Positions 8,134 to 16,335 of a DNA stretch of 32,000 nucleotides are shown piece after piece (positions within the stretch are counted from its first letter, which is position 1; every line of letters begins with the position of its first letter). Source of the DNA: Gammaproteobacteria bacterium (GTDB taxonomy: Bacteria; Pseudomonadota; Gammaproteobacteria; UBA5335; SLRW01); assembly GCA_007130745.1 (NCBI GenBank), contig SLRW01000028.1, positions 2,334-34,333 of the forward strand, given 5' to 3'. The translations under genes and the position numbers were made by a program. The notes below the pieces were generated by a model, which saw only the letters and a program-made list of their open reading frames with translations, was not told where the DNA came from and made no database searches.

Positions 8134-9381
8134 ATGAACATCCCCAACGAACGCAGAAATAGCGCCTCGGGTACCGCTGTAACCCCGCGCGCTGCAACCA
8201 CAACTAACAGCGACCTGAGCCGCAAGCGCGTGCTGGCCGGCCACGCCGCGCTGGCTAGCGGACTGTACTGGGTGGCGCTGGCGGCTTTTACCGGCATCAC
8301 CGGCTGGCTGGGGCTGCCGACGATTGATCTTGCTGCCTTGCTGGGCATTCTTGCCGTCGCCGCTTGCATGATTGCCATCAACTTCATTTATGTGCGCATC
8401 TTCATGGCTGAAAATGCCGTGCTGGGTTTTCAGGGCGTTACCGCTGTCTCCACCGCCGCTCATGCTCTGCTTACCCTGGTCTTCGCCATTATTGAGGGTT
8501 TCGGCATGGCCACCCTGTTTATTCTGGTGGTGGGTACGCCGGTGGTGCAGGTCTTTTTCGGGCTTAACTTCGGCATGCGGGCCACCCTGTTATTTGGCGT
8601 GCTGACGATTAGCGCCTTCGCGCTGGCCTACTTCCTGGGACCGGTACAGGAACACACCATAGCCCCCGAAATCTTCCAGATTGCCATCATCATGGTAGCC
8701 TGCCTGACCATTCTCTCAGCCGTGGTCAATGGCCGCGCGCGCGCCAAGAAATACATGATCGTGCAACTGCTGCGGGAACAGCAGGAACGTAACAAGTTGA
8801 TTGAGGAGCAAAACCGCAAGTTCGAGGAGCAATCCCGCGAGCTGCAACGCATGTCCATGATTGACGGACTGACCGGGGTCGCCAATCGTCGCCACTTTGA
8901 AGAGAGCCTGGAACGCGAGTGGCAGCGCAGCCGACGAGCGCCGACGCGCCACCCCCTTGCCCTGATTATGGTAGACGTGGACCACTTCAAAGCCTTCAAC
9001 GATGCAGCCGGACACGTGCATGGTGATGACTGCCTGACACGCATCGCACAAGCACTGGAAGCCGCTGCAGCCCGGCCGCCGGACCTCGCTGCCCGCTATG
9101 GTGGCGAAGAGTTTTCGATTCTGCTGCCCGACACCAATCTGGAAGGTGCGCTCGCCATCGCCGAGCGCATACGTGAGCACATCAGTGCGCTGGATATTGT
9201 GCACCCTGCCTTCGACGACAATCGTCGCATTAGCGTCAGCCAGGGCGTGGCCGTATTTGATCCTGATCTTGATCGTCAACCGACCACCCTGGTCCGGCGC
9301 TGTGACGAAGCACTTTATCGCGCCAAGGCCGCAGGCCGCGATCGCATCGAAGTCACCCCCGCACAGGAAGAGGCGAATTGA
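8134..9381 (+). CDS. membrane-anchored diguanylate cyclase (GGDEF domain, I-site present)
   Basis: ATG 8134 inside track ORF 8059..9381. About 6 hydrophobic helices, a charged coiled segment (LLREQQERNKLIEEQNRKFEEQSRELQR), then DGLTGVANRRHF...RYGGEEF with RPPD (RxxD) five residues before GGEEF. Confidence 0.85.
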   Translation: MNIPNERRNSASGTAVTPRAATTTNSDLSRKRVLAGHAALASGLYWVALAAFTGITGWLGLPTIDLAALLGILAVAACMIAINFIYVRIFMAENAVLGFQGVTAVSTAAHALLTLVFAIIEGFGMATLFILVVGTPVVQVFFGLNFGMRATLLFGVLTISAFALAYFLGPVQEHTIAPEIFQIAIIMVACLTILSAVVNGRARAKKYMIVQLLREQQERNKLIEEQNRKFEEQSRELQRMSMIDGLTGVANRRHFEESLEREWQRSRRAPTRHPLALIMVDVDHFKAFNDAAGHVHGDDCLTRIAQALEAAAARPPDLAARYGGEEFSILLPDTNLEGALAIAERIREHISALDIVHPAFDDNRRISVSQGVAVFDPDLDRQPTTLVRRCDEALYRAKAAGRDRIEVTPAQEEAN

Positions 9382-9402
9382 GCCTGGACCTGCGGTGTTT
9401 TG

Positions 9403-9927
9403 TTAGCCGCGCCGCCGTGGCAAGGCGTAACGTACGGGCAGCCGCTCGGCCATAGAGTGCATGCGCATGAAACAGCTCACCGAGGAAGCCACCGGATCTG
9501 AGCGATCACCATCATGGGCGATGCAACGCACGAATATGATCGAACGGGTCACGTGGTAGCTTTCAGCTTCGGCAATCAATGCACGTCCAGGCGCCGCCGC
9601 GCGCAAAGGGTCAATGCGCAGATCCAGCGTGGCCACGAAATGTGGCGGATCAAGACTGAAAAAAGCCGCCGCGCCACTGGTCTGATCGATAAGCGAAGTC
9701 AGTACGCCGGCATGCAAATAACCCGTCGCGGGATTGCCAACCAGGTCTTGCCGATAATCCACCCGCGCGCTGACCCGACCAGGACCAGCCTTGATTGCTT
9801 TCATGCCCAGCCGCCGACTGTGCGGCACGGTGGCAAACATCCGGTGTGCAGCATACCAGCGCACCAGCGGCAGCCTGAAGAACAAACCCAGCAAGGTACT
9901 GCGCAGAGCCAGTCTCACGGGATGCAT
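9403..9927 (-). CDS. PaaI/hotdog-fold acyl-CoA thioesterase family protein
   Basis: 174 aa. LGMKAIKAGPGRVSARVDY...NPATGYLHAGVLTSLIDQTSGAAA is the PaaI-type hot-dog core. The start may be the internal ATG at 9840. Confidence 0.75.
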   Translation of the reverse strand: MHPVRLALRSTLLGLFFRLPLVRWYAAHRMFATVPHSRRLGMKAIKAGPGRVSARVDYRQDLVGNPATGYLHAGVLTSLIDQTSGAAAFFSLDPPHFVATLDLRIDPLRAAAPGRALIAEAESYHVTRSIIFVRCIAHDGDRSDPVASSVSCFMRMHSMAERLPVRYALPRRRG

Positions 9928-10176
9928 GAGGCAATATCACTCCCTGTCGTGGTTGCTGTCCGTGGGTGCCGAAACCGCTACTTTAGCAGAAGCTGAAACC
10001 GCCAGAGCCGGCCGGCGCACCAGCCAGCTGTCAACCCGTTCTAGCGCTGCCAGGCAACCAAAAATAACTGCTTTTCATCTCTGCCGAGGCATGGGTAGAA
10101 TGCCGCCTCCACATTCACAGACCGGACAAGCATTCACTCGCCCCGGTACTGCCTGTTCAGCAACACCGGAGCATGC

Positions 10177-10656
10177 GTGCAAACACTTTACTGGGAAGAT
10201 TTCGAGGTGGGCGAGCGCTCGGTATTTGGCGCCGAAAGCGTCAGCCGTGATGATTTGCTCGATTTTGCCCGCCGCTACGACCCCCAGCCGATGCACACCG
10301 ATGAGCAGGCGGCCAGTGAAGGCTGGCATGGCGGACTGATTGCCAGTGGCTGGCATACGGCCGCCTTGTGTATGCGCATGATGGTGCGCCATGTACTCAA
10401 CCGCTCGAGCTCCATGGGTTCACCGGGCGTGGAATATGTGCGCTGGCTGGCGCCGGTGCGCCCCGGCGACACTCTGCACCTGAGGATGGAAACTCTATCG
10501 AGACGGGTTCATCCGCGGCGCCCCGAACTCGGCTTTGTCACCAACCATTTCGAGGTGCTCAACCAGCACAACGAGGTAGTTATGGGCATGCGCTCCGGCG
10601 GTATGTTCCTGCTGCGCGAACCGGCGGCTGAGGCAACTTCCGGGGGAGACTCGTGA
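10177..10656 (+). CDS. MaoC-like (R)-specific enoyl-CoA hydratase/dehydratase, paralogue 1
   Basis: 159 aa, GTG start. FARRYDPQPMHTDEQAA (hydratase-2 type D..H motif) and GGLIASGWHTAALCM. Confidence 0.85.
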   Translation: MQTLYWEDFEVGERSVFGAESVSRDDLLDFARRYDPQPMHTDEQAASEGWHGGLIASGWHTAALCMRMMVRHVLNRSSSMGSPGVEYVRWLAPVRPGDTLHLRMETLSRRVHPRRPELGFVTNHFEVLNQHNEVVMGMRSGGMFLLREPAAEATSGGDS

Positions 10657-11117
10657 GCCTGCAGTTTTTTGAGGATTTCCAGCCGGGCGAAAGTCGGACG
10701 TTCGGCAATTACACTCTTGGCGAGGACGAAATCACTGATTTTGCCCATGACTACGACCCGCAACCGTTCCATATTGATAACGAGGCAGCCCGCAACAGCA
10801 TTTTCGGCGGACTGATTGCCAGTGGCTGGCACACAGCCGCCGTGATGATGCAACTGTTCGTTGAAAATATATTGCAGGACTGCGCCACCGTCGGCTCACC
10901 CGGCTTCGATGAACTGCGCTGGCACAAACCCGTGCGCCCCGGTGACACCCTGCACGTAGAGGCAACCTGCATGGACACCCGCCCCTCTGCCTCGCGCCCG
11001 GAAATCGGCGCGGTGGATTATGCGCTCAAGGTACATAACCAGCACGACGAACTCGTCGCCAGCGTCGTCTATATCGTGCTGCTTCGACGCCGAGAACAGG
11101 GTCATGCACAGGGCTGA
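10653..11117 (+). CDS. MaoC-like (R)-specific enoyl-CoA hydratase/dehydratase, paralogue 2
   Basis: 154 aa. GTGA overlap with paralogue 1. FAHDYDPQPFHIDNEAA and GGLIASGWHTAAVMM; collinear with paralogue 1 along its whole length. Confidence 0.85.
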   Translation: MSLQFFEDFQPGESRTFGNYTLGEDEITDFAHDYDPQPFHIDNEAARNSIFGGLIASGWHTAAVMMQLFVENILQDCATVGSPGFDELRWHKPVRPGDTLHVEATCMDTRPSASRPEIGAVDYALKVHNQHDELVASVVYIVLLRRREQGHAQG

Positions 11118-11203
11118 ACGCCCGGCCAATTTACCCTGCCCCCGCCTCGCCGTATGATCGGGCTGTTAAGAAAACGCTGATTCATTCGTCACGGAGCCCC
11201 CTG

Positions 11204-12082
11204 ATGCAGGGAATCGACATCACCACACCTCGCGGGCATTTCCACGTTCGCGACAGCACCGGCGATGGCACGCCGGTGGTCATGCTGCATGGCTGGCCGG
11301 AAAGCAGTTATTGCTGGACCCATGTCGCCGCGCATCTGGACCCGCGCTGGCGGGTGATTGCCCCGGACCTGCTGGGGCTGGGCGACAGCGGGCGCTGCGC
11401 GGAGCTTGAACGCTACCGCAAACAGTCACTGGCAGCCGACATACTAGCCGTCCTGGATGCAATGCAAATCGATGACTTCCTGCTGGTCGGCCATGACTGG
11501 GGCGGCGTGGTGGCCCAGGAAATGGCTATTGCCGCGCCTGCACGCGTGCGCGCCCTGGTGTTGATGAATATCGCCCTGATCAACAACCTGCGCGGCAATC
11601 TGGAGGTCATCGAAAACCAGCGAAACTCAAGCTCGTTTGCTATCTGGTACCAGCATTTCCAGCAAACGGAACTGCCGGGCAAACTGATTCCGGGTAATGA
11701 GCGCCACTGGCTTGGCTATTTCCTGCAGTCATGGGGCGGCGAATTTCCCGCCGACAGCTTCGAGGAATACGTGCGCATGTACAGCATCCCGGGCACCCCC
11801 GAGACCGGCGCCAACTATTACCGCAGCATGAATGACGACATTACCCGCTGGGCCGGTCTGGCCGGGCATGTCTACCCAATGCCGGGGTTATATATCTACG
11901 GCAAGCAGGATCCGGTCATTACCCCCGATTACCTCAACCACCACGAGGACTGCTTCGAACAGATTGAAGTGGTGGAAATCGAGGCCGGACATTTCTTGCA
12001 GGAAGAGCAACCACAGCAGGTGGCCGATCACCTCAACCGGTTTTTTAAGCAAACGCTGGCCAATTACTCTGCGTTTGCTTAG
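11204..12082 (+). CDS. alpha/beta hydrolase of the epoxide hydrolase / haloacid-dehalogenase-like type (Asp nucleophile)
   Basis: 292 aa. VVMLHGWPESSYCW (HGWP oxyanion motif) and LLVGHDWGGVVAQ (GHDWG nucleophile elbow). C-terminal AGHFLQEEQP carries the catalytic His. Confidence 0.85.
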   Translation: MQGIDITTPRGHFHVRDSTGDGTPVVMLHGWPESSYCWTHVAAHLDPRWRVIAPDLLGLGDSGRCAELERYRKQSLAADILAVLDAMQIDDFLLVGHDWGGVVAQEMAIAAPARVRALVLMNIALINNLRGNLEVIENQRNSSSFAIWYQHFQQTELPGKLIPGNERHWLGYFLQSWGGEFPADSFEEYVRMYSIPGTPETGANYYRSMNDDITRWAGLAGHVYPMPGLYIYGKQDPVITPDYLNHHEDCFEQIEVVEIEAGHFLQEEQPQQVADHLNRFFKQTLANYSAFA

Positions 12083-12086
12083 CGGA

Positions 12087-13100
12087 TCAGGCCGGGGGAA
12101 CGGCGTAAATATAGTCCAGCAACAACCCGCAGAACACCGCCAGGCCAAACCAGTTGTTATGCAAAAAGGCCTGGAAACAGCCCTCGCGCGAGCGGCCATG
12201 AATTAACACCTGGTGCCACACGAACAGGCCGGCGCCCACGACCAGGCCACCGTAATACCACACCCCCAGCTCTGCCTGCTGTCCCACCAGCACCATCCCC
12301 GCCAGCATTAACAGCTGGACGACACCGATAATATGCCGGTCCAGCGGACCAAAAAGGATGGCGCTGGACTTGACGCCGATTTTCAGGTCATCGTCACGAT
12401 CCACCATGGCATACATGGTGTCGTAGACAATGGCCCACAACAAAACGATGAAAAACAACAACCACGCCAGCGGCACCAGCGTGCCGGTCTGGGCGGCGAA
12501 GGTCATCGGCACGGCCCAGCCAAAAGCAGCCCCCAGAAAGGCCTGGGGCATATGGGTAAAGCGCTTGCTGAAAGGATACAACACCAGCAAACCCAGTCCG
12601 GCAAAGGCCAGTATGATGGTGAGCGGATTCATCAAGAGCACCAGACCAAAACCGATCAGGCACAACACACCAAACAGAATCAGCGCCTCGCCCAGGCTCA
12701 CACGCCCGGTGGCCAGGGGGCGTTCGCGAGTGCGGGTCACGTGGGGATCAATGCGCCGGTCGGCCACGTCATTGATAATGCACCCCGCCGAGCGCATTAC
12801 AAAAACACCGGCCACAAACACAATCAAAACCAGCGGCTCGGGACGCCCCTCGCCGGCGATCCACAGCGCCCACAACACGGGCCAGAGCAGCAGCAATATG
12901 CCGCGCGGGCGGTTCCAGCGCATCAATACCACATAGGCATCGGCTCGCTCAGCCACCCGCGGCGCCCATGTTTTCCACAACCGCGTACAAGTTGCAGCGA
13001 ATTGCCGGCACCATCCCAGACCCGCTTCAATGGATCGCTCCAGAGATCGCTCCAGCTCGCGGCGCATATCAGCCAGTTTATGCTTCAGCTTTTGCTGCAC
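12087..13100 (-). CDS. ubiA: 4-hydroxybenzoate polyprenyltransferase
   Basis: [45 protein letters not shown] and [26 protein letters not shown] match UbiA. The ORF is ~45 aa longer at the N-terminus than E. coli UbiA, so the true start may be 13067 (ATG), 12980 (TTG) or 12956 (GTG). Confidence 0.9.
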   Translation of the reverse strand: MQQKLKHKLADMRRELERSLERSIEAGLGWCRQFAATCTRLWKTWAPRVAERADAYVVLMRWNRPRGILLLLWPVLWALWIAGEGRPEPLVLIVFVAGVFVMRSAGCIINDVADRRIDPHVTRTRERPLATGRVSLGEALILFGVLCLIGFGLVLLMNPLTIILAFAGLGLLVLYPFSKRFTHMPQAFLGAAFGWAVPMTFAAQTGTLVPLAWLLFFIVLLWAIVYDTMYAMVDRDDDLKIGVKSSAILFGPLDRHIIGVVQLLMLAGMVLVGQQAELGVWYYGGLVVGAGLFVWHQVLIHGRSREGCFQAFLHNNWFGLAVFCGLLLDYIYAVPPA

Positions 13101-13696
13101 CTGTTCCGCGTCCCTTCCAGCGCCAGCACAAAGGCAGGCAGAAAAAATTCGCTCACCAGTAACGGTTGCCCCCGTAACAGGAACACCGAACGCCGCCCCC
13201 GCAGGGGCTGATTATCAGCCAGCAGGCCTTCGCCACGGAGCTTCCTGCACAGACCATCAGATGGCGGCAGACAACCCAATTCCAGCGGCCCGCGGCGAAC
13301 CCGCACATCGGCAAACAGAGTGGCCCCGAGCGGGCGCCGCCCCTGGCGGCGCAAATGCCGCCAGGACCCTTCCAGCCCGCAGGGGGGCACCAGCGAGCGA
13401 GCAAATACCAGTGGCTCGTTATCCCGGCAAAGATAAACCTCTCGCACCAGCGGCCATTGCCCTGAAGGCATGGCCAGCAGACGCCTTTCATCGGCAGCCA
13501 CCGGCCGGCGTGACTGACTCAGCACTCGCACTGCGAACGACCGATCGGCGCAGATTTCACGCACCAGTGCCGTTAGCGAGCCATTGTCGAGCAGCACCCG
13601 GCGTAGCGCAACCGGCAGCCGCGCTGCCGGCACAGCCCTGCGTGGCAACCAGCCCCGCCGACCCGCCACCGCACCGCTGGCAAGTGCTTTATTCAT
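13085..13696 (-). CDS. ubiC: chorismate pyruvate-lyase
   Basis: [38 protein letters not shown] and [21 protein letters not shown] align with E. coli UbiC. I chose ATG 13696 (AAGGGA 6 nt upstream). The track ORF begins at 13735. Confidence 0.75.
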   Translation of the reverse strand: MNKALASGAVAGRRGWLPRRAVPAARLPVALRRVLLDNGSLTALVREICADRSFAVRVLSQSRRPVAADERRLLAMPSGQWPLVREVYLCRDNEPLVFARSLVPPCGLEGSWRHLRRQGRRPLGATLFADVRVRRGPLELGCLPPSDGLCRKLRGEGLLADNQPLRGRRSVFLLRGQPLLVSEFFLPAFVLALEGTRNRCSKS

Positions 13697-13759
13697 ATCT
13701 GATCCCTTGTAAGGAAAGGCTTTTTGCCTTTTCAAGCGCAGGAGAAAACGCGCGGCCGC

Positions 13760-15859
13760 TCAGGCCTGGACATAGCGATCCGGATCCTGACCCAGCCAGC
13801 GACTGATGATGCGATCGGCCAACTCCGGCGCCTGCATCAGCAAGCGGTCCGCCTCCTGCTGAGCCAGCGGCAACAAATCCTGGTCACGCAGCAGATCGGC
13901 AATGCGCAGACGCTGTTCGCCGGTTTGCCGGGTGCCCAGCAACTCACCCGGACCCCGCAAGGCCAAATCACGACGGGCAATCTCAAATCCATCCGTGGTC
14001 TCTCGCATGGCCGCCAGGCGTGCCCGCGCCACCTCGGACAGGGGCGCATGATACATCAGCACACACACCCCGCCGGCCTCGCCGCGGCCCACACGCCCCC
14101 GCAGCTGATGTAACTGCGCCAGCCCCAGGCGTTCGGCATTGTCTATGATCATCAGGCTGGCATTGGGCACATCCACTCCCACCTCAATCACTGTGGTGGC
14201 TACCAGCAGATCCACCTCGCCTCGCTCAAAGGCACTCATGGCAGCGCTCTTGTCGGCTGCCGACAGACGGCCATGCACCAGCGCCACCCGCAACTCCGGC
14301 AAGGCCTCGGCCAGCGCTGCCGCAGTCTGTTCCGCAGCCTCACACTGCAGTACATCCGATTCCTCCACCAGGGTGCACACCCAGTAAGCCTGGGCACCCC
14401 CGGCGCAGGCGCCGCGCACCCGCTGAACCACATCCGCCCGCCGGCTGTCGGGCAACACCACTGTGGTGACCGGCTTGCGCCCCGGCGGCAACTCGTCAAT
14501 CACCGATACATCCAGGTCAGCACAGGCGGCCATAGCAAGCGTTCGGGGGATAGGGGTAGCCGTCATGATCAGTTGATGTGGCAAGCCGCCTTCACTCGCG
14601 CCTTTTTCGCGCAGCGCCAGGCGCTGATGCACCCCGAAACGGTGTTGCTCATCCACAATCACCAGCCCCAATCGAGCAAAACTGACCTGCTGCTCGAACA
14701 GGGCATGCGTGCCAATCACCAGATGCGCCGCACCCGAGGCAATGCGCCCAAGCACTGCTTCACGTTCGCGCGCGCCCTGACGTCCGCTCAGGCGGGTAAT
14801 TTCGAGCCCGAGAGGTCCAAACCAGCGCGAAAAATTGCGCTGGTGTTGTTCGGCCAGCAGTTCCGTCGGCGCCATCAGGGCTACCTGAAAGCCGGAGGCC
14901 ACCGCACGCACGGCCGCCAGCGCCGCCACGGCGGTCTTGCCCGAGCCCACATCGCCCTGCACCAGTCGCATCATGGGCCGACTGGCCGCCATGTCTGCCT
15001 GCAGCTCTGCCAGCACCCGGGCCTGGGCCGACGTCAGTTCAAAACCAAGCTGCTGACGCAGTTGCGCCTCCAGCCCATCCTCGATGGCCAGCACCGGCGC
15101 CCGGTAGCTGCGGGCACGCTGGCGCACCCGCCGCAGACTGAGCTGGTGTGCCACCAGCTCATCCAGCGCCAGGCGACGCACCGCCGGGTGCGTACCGGCT
15201 TCGAGCGCCGCCACATCGGTATCCGGCGCCGGCCGATGCGCCTCAACCAGAGCGGCCTCCAGCGCCGGCATGGCCTGTTGTCTCAGCACTTCAGCAAGCA
15301 AATACTCATCCAGCGCCAGTCGGGGCAACCAGTCCAGCGCCTGCTGACAAAGCTGACGCAGACGGTACTGGCTCAGACCTTCGGTGGCCGGATACACCGG
15401 CGTCAGTCGATCCTCGGTGCCGTTCCCCTCGCTGTCAGGGTCGACACGGTATTCCGGGTGCACCATCTCCAGCCCGGTGACACCGGCCCGCACCTCACCA
15501 TAGCAGCGCAGCCGACGCCCGGCCTGCAGCATACGCACCTGACTCGCGCGGAAGTGGAAAAAGCGCAGGGTGAGAAAGCCGCTGCCATCACCAATACGTG
15601 ACAACAGCATGCGCCGCCCGCGGCGCACTTCCTCGGTCAGGGCGATGGTGCCTTCTACAAGTGCATACTGGCCCGGTCGCAAGGCGCCCAACGCTACCAC
15701 CCGGGTACGATCCTGGTAGCGCAGGGGCAAGTGAAACAACAGATCAGCCGGGCTGTTAATCCCCAGCCGTTCAAGACGCTCCTGCAAGGCAGGACCGACG
15801 CCATCCAGGTCGGTCAGCACCGGCGTATTCATTTTTGCAGACCGGTCCCTGGTCTTCAT
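13760..15859 (-). CDS. recG: ATP-dependent DNA helicase RecG
   Basis: GVGPALQERLERLGINSPADLLFHLPLRYQDRT (wedge domain N-terminus), GDVGSGKT (Walker A), DEQHRFG, TATPIPRT and QLHQLRGRVGRG. Start is ambiguous: GTG 15880, ATG 15859 or ATG 15832. Confidence 0.95.
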   Translation of the reverse strand: MKTRDRSAKMNTPVLTDLDGVGPALQERLERLGINSPADLLFHLPLRYQDRTRVVALGALRPGQYALVEGTIALTEEVRRGRRMLLSRIGDGSGFLTLRFFHFRASQVRMLQAGRRLRCYGEVRAGVTGLEMVHPEYRVDPDSEGNGTEDRLTPVYPATEGLSQYRLRQLCQQALDWLPRLALDEYLLAEVLRQQAMPALEAALVEAHRPAPDTDVAALEAGTHPAVRRLALDELVAHQLSLRRVRQRARSYRAPVLAIEDGLEAQLRQQLGFELTSAQARVLAELQADMAASRPMMRLVQGDVGSGKTAVAALAAVRAVASGFQVALMAPTELLAEQHQRNFSRWFGPLGLEITRLSGRQGAREREAVLGRIASGAAHLVIGTHALFEQQVSFARLGLVIVDEQHRFGVHQRLALREKGASEGGLPHQLIMTATPIPRTLAMAACADLDVSVIDELPPGRKPVTTVVLPDSRRADVVQRVRGACAGGAQAYWVCTLVEESDVLQCEAAEQTAAALAEALPELRVALVHGRLSAADKSAAMSAFERGEVDLLVATTVIEVGVDVPNASLMIIDNAERLGLAQLHQLRGRVGRGEAGGVCVLMYHAPLSEVARARLAAMRETTDGFEIARRDLALRGPGELLGTRQTGEQRLRIADLLRDQDLLPLAQQEADRLLMQAPELADRIISRWLGQDPDRYVQA

Positions 15860-15866
15860 CAGAGGC

Positions 15867-16256
15867 TTACCCGCCACCACGGATCAGAATGGCATCCATT
15901 TCCACCGTCGCCCCTTTAGGCAGCGCCGCCACACCGATGGCGGCGCGCGCCGGGCGCACCTCGCCAAAGACCTCTTCCATCACCGCATTGACGCGGGCGA
16001 AATCACCCAGGTCCACCAGATAGATGTTGAGCTTGACGATGTCGATCAGACGGGCGCCGGCCGCCTCCGCCACGGCAGCCAGATTATCAAACACCCGCCG
16101 GGCCTGATCCTCGACCGGCCCGTCGACCAGCTCCATACTCTGCGGGTCGAGCGGAATCTGGCCCGACATATACACCGTATCGCCCACAGCCACCGCCTGG
16201 GCGTAAGGCCCGATAGCACATGGCGCATCATCGGAGTGAATAATCTCTCGCGACAT
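15867..16256 (-). CDS. ridA: RidA/YjgF/TdcF-family reactive-intermediate deaminase
   Basis: 129 aa. APCAIGPYAQAV...YMSGQIPLDP...IVKLNIYL...PARAAIGVAALPKGATVEMDAI. Confidence 0.9.
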   Translation of the reverse strand: MSREIIHSDDAPCAIGPYAQAVAVGDTVYMSGQIPLDPQSMELVDGPVEDQARRVFDNLAAVAEAAGARLIDIVKLNIYLVDLGDFARVNAVMEEVFGEVRPARAAIGVAALPKGATVEMDAILIRGGG

Positions 16257-16335
16257 CTGTTAAGTCTCCCGATTGAAGCCAAAGCGATCCCGGCTTGTGC
16301 CGGATAACCTGACAAGCCAAGGCTGCCCGTACTGT

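Noticed and set aside
14273-15601. 442-aa plus-strand ORF
   Set aside because: Antisense shadow of recG, rich in R/H/Q/P with no recognisable domain.
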